Part shown: positions 28,594 to 38,700 of the stretch, in pieces
Layout: each line of letters begins with the position of its first letter
Numbering within the stretch: position 1 is the stretch's first letter
NCBI GenBank assembly: GCA_965219995.1
Contig: CBDCOX010000002.1
Location: forward strand, 3,008,001 to 3,072,000
DNA: 64,000 nt
Direction: 5' to 3'
Source: Candidatus Latescibacterota bacterium
Lineage (GTDB): Bacteria; Latescibacterota; UBA2968; GCA-2709665
The notes under the pieces: model-generated
The model's input: only the letters and a program-made list of their open reading frames with translations
The model's database searches: none
What the model was told of the DNA's origin: nothing
Translations under genes and position numbers: made by a program

Positions 28594-28845
28594 CAGGGTG
28601 GAGGATTCACGCAAACCCGCGGTTCTGTCGTATAACCGGTTGTATTTCCATAAGTTCAGCGAAGTATTATACGACAGCATTTAAAGAAATACGGGTTCTG
28701 ACTTGTCACGATGAAATTGCGTGGTTAGAAGGGATTCGGAGTCGTCGTCTTAGCGCGGTAGAGTGAGCATTTGTCCTGCCTTTGGTTCTTATCCTGTCTA
28801 TCCTGTCCATCCATGTGAGTTTGGGCCTTTGAATTAGAGAGGCTA
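28594..28845 (-). mobile_element. MITE-like repeat, family A (inverted copy)
   Basis: Reverse complement has ACATGGATGGACAGGATAGACAGGATAAGAACC, GGACAAATGCTCA, ATAATACTTCGCTGAA, CGTGAATCCTCCACC. Confidence 0.8.
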
Positions 28846-29460
28846 AGGCCAGGTGGGGCGTTCCATTGAGAAAGAACCGTCGACGCAAACGTAGTCCAGG
28901 TACCCGAGACGCCCAACGGGTCTCAATGCCACGGTGTCGACGTGGCCATCCTTTATTGCCCAATCGGCTATGTGAATGCCGATCACCTGACCGAAAACGA
29001 CCGTGTTCGGATCGTCCTGAACGTCGGTCGGCAGGTCCACGGTCCGGGTGTGAATACACTCCAGATGGACCGGGCTTTCGGCCACGCGGGGAGGGTTTAC
29101 GAGTTCTGACGGCGCCCGCGTGACGCCCGCGTACTCGAATTCGTCGACGTGTCGGGGCGCGGGCACGGCAGTGGCGTTCATCTGGGTGCGAAGCGCCCAG
29201 GTGGCGAGGTTGACCACGAATTCGCCGGTTTCCCGGGCGTTCCTTATCGAATCCTTCAGCCCGCCATGGGAGTGCGTGGTCGTTGCGGCGAACATGACCT
29301 GTGGGGGCCTGTAGGCCACCGCGTTGAAAAACGAGTACGGGGCCAGGTTGACCGTACCCCGCGCGTCGATGGATGAAATCCATCCGATCGGTCGCGGCAC
29401 GACGATGGCGTTGAAGGGATCACGGGGCAGGCCGTGGTCTTCAGACGTCCTGTAAAACAT
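28843..29460 (-). CDS. Flavin reductase-like FMN-binding protein
   Basis: PRPIGWISS, NLAPYSFFN, KDSIRNARETGEFVVN, RLGY. Confidence 0.88.
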   Translation of the reverse strand: MFYRTSEDHGLPRDPFNAIVVPRPIGWISSIDARGTVNLAPYSFFNAVAYRPPQVMFAATTTHSHGGLKDSIRNARETGEFVVNLATWALRTQMNATAVPAPRHVDEFEYAGVTRAPSELVNPPRVAESPVHLECIHTRTVDLPTDVQDDPNTVVFGQVIGIHIADWAIKDGHVDTVALRPVGRLGYLDYVCVDGSFSMERPTWP

Positions 29461-29473
29461 GCCCGGGATCTCC

Positions 29474-30475
29474 CTATTTCCATCTGAAAACGACGCCCAA
29501 TGCATCTCCGGGATCGTCGGCGAGCATGGTGTAGACTTCCTGGCACTGTTCCGGATCCGCGACGTGGGTGATCAGGTCTTCCACGGGCAACCTGCCCTCT
29601 CCCATCAGGCGCATCACCAGCGCCCGGTCCCGTTCCTTCGCCCACCGGTAGTAGATGTGATCGGCCTCCGGCGTTTTGGGCTGGTGGGCGCCCAGGATGC
29701 TGACTTCCCTCAGGTGTACGTCGGCCAGAAAATCCATGTCGACGGTACCGCGCGGGGAACCCAGTGCGACCACACGCCCTGCCGTGCACGCAAGCCGGAC
29801 GGCGGTGGGATAGACCGCGGGTTTTCCAGTCGCTTCGATCACGACGTTGGCGCCGTCTTCCACGCAGTGTCCGCCGACCGCGTCCCTGACGTCGTCCACG
29901 TCTCCGGGATTGATGCAGAACCCGGTACCGCGGCGACGGGCAACGTCCAGGCGGAAGCCGTCCAGGTCGACGGCGATGACCGGGAGGGCGCCGGAGAGCC
30001 GCGCGAGGGTCGCGGCGAGCTGACCGACAATTCCCAGGCCGATGACGACCACCACCTCGCCCAGTTCGATGCGCGCCACGCGGATTCCGTGGATGGCGAT
30101 TGCGCCCATGACCATAAAGGCGGCGGCCTGGGACGACACGGCGTCCGGGACTTTCCGATGGAACGACCTGGCGCCCGAGATGACGGAATGGCTCGCGTGG
30201 TTCCCCTGTCCGGCAACGCGGTCGCCGGGGCGGATGCCCTCAACCTCCCTGCCGACTTCCAGGACCGTGCCGACGTTGCAATAGCCGGTGCCGCGGGGGA
30301 AACGGACCGGGTTACCGGGTTCGCCTCCATGCGTCCAGCCGTGGATCTCCGTTCCGACGCTGACGGCGGTGTACTCGTTTTCTATGAGGATACCGTCATC
30401 CGGTACAGGCCCCGTTTCGAAGGATGCGACTTCCATCCGGCGAATGCCGGGAATGAGAAGACGTCTGGCTTTCAT
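29474..30475 (-). CDS. MDR-family dehydrogenase
   Basis: VSVGTE, GYCNVGTVLEVG, GLGIVG, IEATG. Confidence 0.85.
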   Translation of the reverse strand: MKARRLLIPGIRRMEVASFETGPVPDDGILIENEYTAVSVGTEIHGWTHGGEPGNPVRFPRGTGYCNVGTVLEVGREVEGIRPGDRVAGQGNHASHSVISGARSFHRKVPDAVSSQAAAFMVMGAIAIHGIRVARIELGEVVVVIGLGIVGQLAATLARLSGALPVIAVDLDGFRLDVARRRGTGFCINPGDVDDVRDAVGGHCVEDGANVVIEATGKPAVYPTAVRLACTAGRVVALGSPRGTVDMDFLADVHLREVSILGAHQPKTPEADHIYYRWAKERDRALVMRLMGEGRLPVEDLITHVADPEQCQEVYTMLADDPGDALGVVFRWK

Positions 30476-30561
30476 CTGCAAGTCCTTTCCTGTTGCTCGA
30501 CCGCGGACGCGACGGGAACCCGTGACGGGCGCAGGACCCCGCCGGGCGGCGGGCGCGGTTT

Positions 30562-31599
30562 CTACGCCTGCCCGCGGTCCAGGGTCTCGCGGAAGAGTCG
30601 GAGGAAGTTGCCGCCCCAGACCTTGCGGATTTCGTTTTCCGAGAGGCCGCGGGCGAGCATGGCGCGGGTGAGCCGCACGAGCTTTGAGACGTCTCCGAAA
30701 ACCGGAGTGGCCGAACCCATGCCGTCGTAATCGGAGCCGATGGCAACGTGGTCGATGCCCACCAGGTCCGCCACGTAACAGATATGGTCGACCATTCGAT
30801 CCGCGGAAGGGTTTTCCGGATCGATAAAGCCCGGGAGAAACGCAATGCCCATCACCCCGCCGGCCCCGGCCAGCGCCCTGAGTTGATCGTCGGTCAGGCA
30901 GCGCCAGTGGTTGCAGACGGAGAAGGCCGCGGTGTGGGTCATCGTTGCCGGGAGCGAAGACCGCTCCAGAACCTGGTAGAAAGCCCTGTCGTTAATATGG
31001 GCCAGGTCCGTGATGATGCCCAGCCGGTTGCTCTCCTCAAGTACGGCTCTGCCGAAGTCCGTCAACCCGACGGCGCTTCCGCGTTCCCGATCGCGGTCTT
31101 CAGGCGAGCACGGCCCGAACGGACTTCTGCTGCCCTGCAGGAGGGACGGGTCGTCACCGCCTTCGCCGTGGGTGATTCCGATGCAGCGAACCCCCAGGCG
31201 GTAATAAAGACGCAATGCGTCCATCTCTCCTTCCAGCCAGCGTCCGGCGCCTTCGATCGTGAGCAGGATGCCGATCTTGCCGGTTTCTTTCGCCCGTTCA
31301 ACATCCCGTGACGAGAACACCAGCATCAGGTCGTCGGGATAAAGCTCCACCGACGCAAGGGTTTGCTCCAGGGTAACCCGGACGTTTGCCGTGGGGCCGT
31401 TGCCGATCACGAAGAAGCCTGCGTCGAACCCGCCCTCCTTCATCCGGGGAATGTCCATATGGTAGGCATCGTCCGGTTTTTTCAGGTCCATCGGACGTTC
31501 GCCCCGGTGCACGCGCTCCACGGGCGTGTCGTTGTGGCCGTCGACGATCAGGCACCTGTCGTGGACCGCCTGCGCTTCTTCAAGGGTGATTTCCGGCAT
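30562..31599 (-). CDS. Membrane dipeptidase (peptidase M19)
   Basis: DGHND, MDIPRM..GG, IEG, GLTDFG, DLAH, GSDYDG, GGNFLR. Confidence 0.9.
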   Translation of the reverse strand: MPEITLEEAQAVHDRCLIVDGHNDTPVERVHRGERPMDLKKPDDAYHMDIPRMKEGGFDAGFFVIGNGPTANVRVTLEQTLASVELYPDDLMLVFSSRDVERAKETGKIGILLTIEGAGRWLEGEMDALRLYYRLGVRCIGITHGEGGDDPSLLQGSRSPFGPCSPEDRDRERGSAVGLTDFGRAVLEESNRLGIITDLAHINDRAFYQVLERSSLPATMTHTAAFSVCNHWRCLTDDQLRALAGAGGVMGIAFLPGFIDPENPSADRMVDHICYVADLVGIDHVAIGSDYDGMGSATPVFGDVSKLVRLTRAMLARGLSENEIRKVWGGNFLRLFRETLDRGQA

Positions 31600-31669
31600 G
31601 ACGATTTTCCTCTGCTGAACGTGAACGGTGAGGTTCCGGCGGGTGGGTCATGCGCCGCTGCAGTACGGA

Positions 31670-32992
31670 CTACGGCGGATCGACGGGCACTTTCTGACGC
31701 TTGCGGACCAGCGGATCGTACGTGAACCCGTCAGAGCGTTTTTCGAACTCCGCGCGCGCCTTCTTCAGGAGATCCGGATTTCCGCAGAGATCGATCGCGC
31801 TTCCGGCAAAAACCTTGGCGGTCTGCCGGACCGCGCGCTCGGCGAAAGGCAGGGCGGCCTGCGCGGCCATGTCCCGGTGGTGTCCGGGCGTACCCTTTGC
31901 GTAACAGACCATCTCGAAGCGACCCAGGGGCGCCAGCCATGAAACATTGTCTTCGTCGGTCGACCCCCTGCCCTGAGAGCCGCTGCCCTTGCCGATCTTC
32001 GTATTGAATCCCTTCTTGTATCCCAGGGCTTCGGCGCGCTCCCGGTCGGCTTCCGTGGGTTTGGGCGGCCCGAAGCGTTTCAGGTTTTCACGTACGATCT
32101 CACACATCGCCCTGTTGGGCAGACGGGGGTATACGGCGGTGATGCGAGACCATTTCATCTTCGTGTCCGTGGCTCTGGCGGCGCCCCGTGCGCAGGCGGT
32201 GAGACGCTCGCGCACGCCGTCGACCTGCTTGCGGTCTTTCCCCCGAACGAAATACCAGATTTTCGCATAGGCCGGCACCACGTTGGGTGCGTCTCCTCCA
32301 TCGCGGATCACGGAATGGATCCTGACGTTTTCGGGGACATGCTCCCGGAGATAGTTGGCGGCAATATCCGTGAGCATCACGCCGTCCAGCGCGCTGCGGC
32401 CCCGGTGGGCCGCAGCGCCGTGGGCGGTACGGCCGAAGAATTCGTAGACGACGGAGTCCAGCGACGACCCGCCGAAATTATTGACGCCGGAAGAGTTTCC
32501 CGGATGCCAGGCGAGGCAGGCGTCCAGGTCCCGGAACGCGCCGTCGCGGGCCATATAGACTTTGCCGGCCAGCGTCTCTTCCGCCGGGCAGCCGTAGTAG
32601 ACGATTTTCCCGGATGTGCCGGTTGATTCGAGAATCTTCGCAGCGGCGACCGCACCCACGGCCGGGGCAACGCCCAGGAGGTTGTGGCCTCAGCCGTGAC
32701 CCCATTGCCCCTCCTCGGAACCGCAGTTGGGCAGCGCGTCGTATTCGCCGAGCATTCCGACCGCCGGCATGCCGGCGCCACTGGTCGCGCGAAATGCAGT
32801 GGGGATATTCTTGAACGGGAACTCGACGTCGAAGCCGCGCGAGGCCAGGTAGTCCGCGATAGCCCGGGAGGATTTGACCTCCCGGAAGGGGCGTTCCGCC
32901 CAGGCATGCACCCGGCCGGAGAGGTCCCTGGCCCGCTTCGACTCGGCAGCGACGGCGCGATTGACGAGACGCTTTTTTTCTTTCTGTTTCAT
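31670..32992 (-). CDS. AbgB-like M20D amidohydrolase with in-frame TGA at the metal-ligand Cys (candidate selenoprotein)
   Basis: ORFs 32690-33160 and 31670-32659 share a frame; joined they read EYDALP...GHG*GHNLLG...GCPAEE...WHP...STD; AGGAG RBS before ATG 32992; 440 aa. Confidence 0.85.
32654..32689 (-). promoter_or_regulatory. Candidate bacterial SECIS hairpin
   Basis: After UGA: GGCCACAACCUCCU-GGGC-GUU-GCCC-CGGCCGUGGGU; apical loop begins GU after an 18-nt spacer. Confidence 0.5.
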
Positions 32993-33041
32993 GATTTTCT
33001 CCTGTCCATCCATGTCTATTCCGATTGCTGAGTGAAATGGG

Positions 33042-34130
33042 CTAGACCCTCGCGACGGCATCGGCCACCGCATCGCCCGCCTCACGCGTCCCGGCGGCGC
33101 CTCCCAGGTCTGCGGGGTGATTCTTCGGACTGTCCAGCGTTCGATCCACGGCGCGGTCAATCGTCTCCGAGGCCGCGGCGGCTTCGGGATCGTTGTGGCG
33201 CGCGCCCAGCCAGGACAGCATCATCCCCGAGGACAGGATCTGGGCCATGGGGTTGGCAATTCCCTCCCCCGCGATATCGGGGGCGGTTCCGTGGGACGGC
33301 TGGAAGACGCCGTAGCGGTCACCCACGTCCGCGGACGGCGCCATCCCCATCCCGCCGATGGTGGCGGCGGCCAGGTCGGAGATGATATCCCCGAACATAT
33401 TTTCCGCGACGACGACGTCGTACCAGCCGGGGTTGCGCAGCTGGTACACGGTGAATGCATCCACGTAGGCGTAGTCCCGTTCGACGTCGGGATAGGTCGC
33501 CGCAATCTCGTCGTAGATCTGACGGAAGAACGCCATGCTCTTCAGAATGTTGGCCTTGTCGACCGAGGTGACGCGAGTCTTGCCGTCGGCGGGCGCCCCC
33601 TTCCGCTGCCTTGCGATTTCAAAGGCGTACCGGACGATCCGCTCGGTGCCGGCGCGGGTGATCACCATGTTGTCCACGGCGAGGCTGTCACCCACGCGTA
33701 CCCCCGCGCCGCGGGAGGCATAGAGGCCCTCGGTATTCTCACGCAGGATGACGTAATCGAGCGGCGGATCTCCATCGAGAAGCGGCGGCACGCCGCGATA
33801 CTTCTTGATGGGCCGGATCCCGGCGTAAAGGTCCAGTTCGAAGCGGAGTGTCAGTTGGGGTGCGATTTCCGTGCCGTCGGGAAAACGGACGTCCGGATCG
33901 CCGGCCGAACCGAAGAGCACGGCATCGGCCTGTTTGCAGGCTTCGAGCGTGGATTCCGGGAGGTCCTCGCCGGTTTCAGCGTAACACCCGGCGCCCACCG
34001 GATGTTCGGAAAACGTGAATCGAAGATCGGGATGCGGCTCCTCCAGGGCGAGGAGCACTTTGAGCGCTTCCGCGACGACTTCCGGGCCGACGCCGTCTCC
34101 GGGGAGCACAGCGATGTTGTACGTTGGCAT
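33042..34130 (-). CDS. Isocitrate/isopropylmalate/tartrate dehydrogenase family protein
   Basis: LPGDGVGPEV, RENTEGLY, VDKANIL, ENMFGDIISD, HGTAPDIAG..IANP. Confidence 0.9.
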   Translation of the reverse strand: MPTYNIAVLPGDGVGPEVVAEALKVLLALEEPHPDLRFTFSEHPVGAGCYAETGEDLPESTLEACKQADAVLFGSAGDPDVRFPDGTEIAPQLTLRFELDLYAGIRPIKKYRGVPPLLDGDPPLDYVILRENTEGLYASRGAGVRVGDSLAVDNMVITRAGTERIVRYAFEIARQRKGAPADGKTRVTSVDKANILKSMAFFRQIYDEIAATYPDVERDYAYVDAFTVYQLRNPGWYDVVVAENMFGDIISDLAAATIGGMGMAPSADVGDRYGVFQPSHGTAPDIAGEGIANPMAQILSSGMMLSWLGARHNDPEAAAASETIDRAVDRTLDSPKNHPADLGGAAGTREAGDAVADAVARV

Positions 34131-34155
34131 TCCCGTCCTTTCTGGGTACGAAGCT

Positions 34156-35319
34156 CTACGAACCGCGGCGTGGGCGCTGGCGATCGCGGATCCCGATACG
34201 GAATCCGCCCGCGGACTTCACGCCTCGTTCCAGTACGTCCGATTCGACGTCGAATCCGGCGCCGGGCGTTTCAGGGACGACCAGCCTGCCGTTTCGCATC
34301 CGCCATCCGTCCAGGACGATGCCCGGCATGTCCGCGGGGGCCGCTTCCAGGAGGCTGAAGTTGGGAATGGAAGCGGCGAAATGGGCATGGGCGTACCGTT
34401 CGATGACGCTGCCCCAGCAGTGGGGAGCGCACTTCGCGCCCCATGGTTTGATCCGGTCCGCGGTGGCTTTCCACCAGGTCAGCCCCTTGTAGCGGAAGTC
34501 GTGCTGCACGATATCGATCCATCCTTTTTCCACCATGTCGAAGAAGCCGGGCGGAGGCGGCCCGGATTCACCGTCGGCCACGAGCGTGTCGTAGCCTCCC
34601 CGGTCGATGGCTTCCTTAAAGGCCTCATTGAACGCCCGGTCTTCGGGAAACGGCTCTTCGAACCAGTAGATCCCCGCGTCCCGGCATCGTTCGAGAATGT
34701 CCAATGCGATATTGAGCGTGGCGCCGTTGTTGGCGTCAACGAGAATTTTCGCGTCCGGTCCCGCGGCTTCGCGGACCGCGTGGATCACCAGCACGTCCCT
34801 GTCCGTACCTTCGCGAACCGGCATCCAGCGGGCGCCGCGCCCGATTTTGATCTTGAAATTGCAGTAGCCGGAATCGCGGCCGGTCCGGACTTCCTCGCGG
34901 AAGATTCGCCGCGCCTCGTCGTCGGTGGTGCCCAGATCGTCAATGTAGATGGAACCGTCGTAGAGTTCCACCTCACGGGCGCCGCGCGCGCCAAGAAGTC
35001 GAAAAAGGGGGATCCCTTCACATCTGGCGGCCAGGTCCCACAGGGGCAGGTCGATTGGAGCGCCATCGGCAGTCGACCCGCCGGGAAGTTCGAAGAGCGC
35101 CGAGGGGCGCATTCCGAGCAACGCTTCGGCGCGTTCCCTGCCAATGGCAGACCAGCCGATGCCCACGGCGCCGCCCGTGGTGCAGATACGAACGACCGGA
35201 TCGGTGACGGCGGGACCATGGACGCCGATGCGGGCGTTGGATCCCACGACGCGCGGGCGCTTTCCGTGCAGTACGACTCTTTCGATCCTGGCGATCGGGT
35301 CGGAAAAGGCACTTGACAT
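34156..35319 (-). CDS. Mandelate racemase/muconate lactonizing enzyme family protein
   Basis: DLPLWDL, FKIKIG, VDAN, WFEEP, ADGE, PH, PGAG. Confidence 0.85.
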   Translation of the reverse strand: MSSAFSDPIARIERVVLHGKRPRVVGSNARIGVHGPAVTDPVVRICTTGGAVGIGWSAIGRERAEALLGMRPSALFELPGGSTADGAPIDLPLWDLAARCEGIPLFRLLGARGAREVELYDGSIYIDDLGTTDDEARRIFREEVRTGRDSGYCNFKIKIGRGARWMPVREGTDRDVLVIHAVREAAGPDAKILVDANNGATLNIALDILERCRDAGIYWFEEPFPEDRAFNEAFKEAIDRGGYDTLVADGESGPPPPGFFDMVEKGWIDIVQHDFRYKGLTWWKATADRIKPWGAKCAPHCWGSVIERYAHAHFAASIPNFSLLEAAPADMPGIVLDGWRMRNGRLVVPETPGAGFDVESDVLERGVKSAGGFRIGIRDRQRPRRGS

Positions 35320-35440
35320 GAAGGGTTTCCGGGATCCGGGACTGAACGGTACGATCCGATAAAGTAAGCCAAAAACCGGTGGTTGGAAATCAAAAAAGCC
35401 GGCGTTACAGGGCCCCTGTATTGCACACGGGAATTAGGTC

Positions 35441-35469
35441 TTGACGGACGCTACAAGATGTAGTACTTT
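35441..35469 (+). promoter_or_regulatory. Sigma70-like promoter upstream of smc
   Basis: TTGACG-N17-TACTTT in a divergent intergenic region. Confidence 0.55.
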
Positions 35470-35706
35470 TCAGACACCGCAACGGATTATTCCCCAATCT
35501 GTTGCGTATTCCTCACCTCCCCATCTATCCCCGTTTCGTTTTTATATTCGTGATTCCGAATAAATAGCGAACGTCCGCGCGGTCCGGGCGGCGACACGGC
35601 GGACAGGAACGGTTGTCGTTCCTGCCCCGCTGTTGTGCCGTTCCGTTTCCCTAGCATGCGTGCGTACCGGCCGTCCGGATGTTCGGGCTTTTCAGGGGGC
35701 GGAACC

Positions 35707-38700
35707 TTGCACCTTTCGCGACTGACGGCATTGGGTTTCAAATCCTTCGTGCAACAGCTGGACCTTTCGCTGCAGAAAGGCATCACCTGCGTTGTCGGCC
35801 CCAACGGATGCGGCAAATCCAACGTGGTGGACGCGCTGCGCTGGGCGCTGGGCGAACAGCGGGTCCGGTCGCTGCGCAGCAACAACATGGAAGACGTGAT
35901 TTTTTCGGGTACGCGAAACCGGAAACCGCTCGGCATGGCGGAGGTATCGATCACCATTGACAATGCGGAGCGGGTTCTCTCGACCGACTATTCCGAAGTG
36001 ACCGTGACCCGCCGGCTGTTCCGGTCCGGAGACAGTGATTACCTTTTGAACAAGGTTCCCTGCCGGTTGAAGGACATTCAGAATCTGCTGATGGACACGG
36101 GGCTGGGCGCACACGCCTATTCCGTGATCGAGCAGGGAATGATGGACGAGATCATCAGCGACAAACCCGAGGAACGTCGGCGGCTGTTCGAAGAGGCGGC
36201 GGGTGTGACCCGGTACAAGGTACAGCGTCGGGCGGCGTGGAACCGTCTTGAGTCCGTCCGGCGGGACCTGGAGACCGTGGATGCCGTGATGGGTGAAATC
36301 GAGCGGCAGGTGAAGTCACTCGCCCGTCAGGAACGGAAGGCCCGCCTCTACCGACAGCTTGCAGACCAGATGAAGGACCTCGACGTCCGGCTCGGACGCC
36401 ACCGGTTCTTTCAGATGTCCGAAAGGTCCCGTCCCATCGCGGACGAGATGGCTTTTCTGAATGAGGACGTCGAAGTGGCCGCCGGAGATATCGCCCGCCT
36501 GGAGGCGCGGCTGGAAGCCGTCCGGGCGGAACTGGCGGAGCGCGATCAGGCGCTGGCGGACGCGAACGCGGAAGTGAGCAGACAGAGCCAGCTCGTGCAT
36601 CGGAAAGAGACGCATATCGCGGTCGCTCAGGAGAGAATCCGATCGATCGACGCCTTCCTGGAGCAGGCCGACCGGCGGCAGGAGGTCATGGCGGCGCGGC
36701 TGGATTCGGCTCGCAGGCAATCGGCGGCGGCGAAGCGGCAGGGCGCGGAGACCCGGGAAGCATTGCGGCTGGCGGAAGGGGAACTGAAGACGGAACGGGG
36801 CGAGCTGGAAGCGACCAACCATGCGCTCGACGCAAGGCGAACCCGCGCCGACGAGCAGAAAACCCAACTGATAGCGACCCTGGGTGAAATCAACAAGGGA
36901 AGCGGCCGGTTGGAACGCGAACGGGCGAGGCTGGAGGGAATCGCGCAACACCAGGCCCGCCTCGAAGCCGACGCAAAGCAGTCGGCGCTCCGGAAAGAGG
37001 AGGCGGACGACTCCGGACGGGAGGCGGAACGGCAGATCGAGCGCCTGGAACGCGAGTTTGAAGAAAAGAGCCGGCTGAAGGAGACATACGCCGCGGAATA
37101 CGGGCGGCTGCTCGAACAACAGCAAGACTTGAACGGGGAGCGCAGCCGGTTGCTGGCCAGAAAAGAGGCCGACGATGCGCGGGTTGGACTTCTGAAAAAG
37201 CTTCGGGAAGGATTCGAGGGGTATTCGAGCGGCGTCCGCGCGCTGGCGGTGGACTCTCCGTTTACGGATCGCGTGCGCGGCGTGGTTGCGGACCGGATAG
37301 ACGTGGACGCGCGGTACACGATCGCCATTGAAGCCGCCCTCGGACGGGCGCTGGAATGTCTTCTGGTGGATGAACCCGCCGACGCGTTGAAGGCCATGGA
37401 CTACCTGCAATCGGGCGACCTCGGATCGGCGGCGTTTCTGCCGCTGGATTCGGTTTCGAACGGTCACGAAACCCCCTGGACGCAGCCGGATGCGGACGGC
37501 GTGACGGGCAGGGCGTCGGACCTGCTGCACGGCCAGGATTCTCCGGTACACGCGCTGCTTCGCCGCACGCTCGTGGTGAACAACGCCGAAACCGCAATTG
37601 GGCTGTTGGAAGAAATGCGGACTCGCGGCATCGACGTGGTTACCGAGAACGGCGAGTTGTTCTCGGCCGACGGCACGATATACGGCGGGAAGGCAGCCGA
37701 CGGCGGCACGGGCCTGATCGGGCGCCGAAACGAGATCGAAACGCTGGAAGCGAACCTGAGGGCCGCCGGTTCCGACATGCAGGCGCTGGATGCGGGACTT
37801 GAGGAAACCTCCGCATCGCTGGACGAGTCTCAGGCTCTTATCGACACGACGGACGGGATTCTGGCCGACCTGAACAACCGTTTGGCCGCACATCGCCGGG
37901 AGCTTCAGATCGCGCAGGCCGAAGAGCAGCGACAGTTGCGGATGGAGGTGGACCTGCGGGATGAAATCGCGGCGGCGATGAACGACGAAACGGGCCTGAG
38001 AGATGCGATCTCTTCCGAGGAGGCGGAACTTGGCGTGCTTCAGAAACGCCGGGAGCAACTGGAAACGGCGACGCGCGAGGCCGACGCGGCGCTGCGGGAG
38101 CGCGAACGTCAGCAGCGGGCCGAGCAGGACGCGGTCTCCGGGAGGCTGGTGGAGATCGCTTCACTGAAAGGCAGCGTGGACCGGCACGAACACGAAGGGC
38201 AGGCGCGGACCCGGGACATGGTCGAAACCGACCGGGAAATAAAGCGACTGGCCGCCGACTGCGAGGAACGCCGAAAGGAAAGGCACGACCTGGAAGAGGC
38301 CGCGGAGGATTCCGGGAAGGAACTGGAGCGCCTGCATCGCACGCAGGACGAACTGGAGGCGAAGCGGGACCGGCAGGCGGAGCGGCAGCAAGCGCTGTTG
38401 ACGGATGCCCGGAAGCTGGAAGAGGAAGCGCGGGACAAAAACCGCCGGGCGAATCAGAACCGGGACCGTCTGGTTCGACTGCAGGGCGAGATGGCGGAAC
38501 TGAAGACGGGATCCGAGGCGTTGCACGCTCGAATACTGGATGAATACGAGGTGGACGTCAGGGACGCGGGCGCATTGGAAGATCCGGAATTCGATGAAGA
38601 CGCGGCCGAAAGACGGGCAGGTGAGCTGCGCGAACGGCTCCGCCGGATGGGTCCGGTAAATCTCGCCGCCGTGGAAGAGTACGAGGACCAGAAGAACCAT

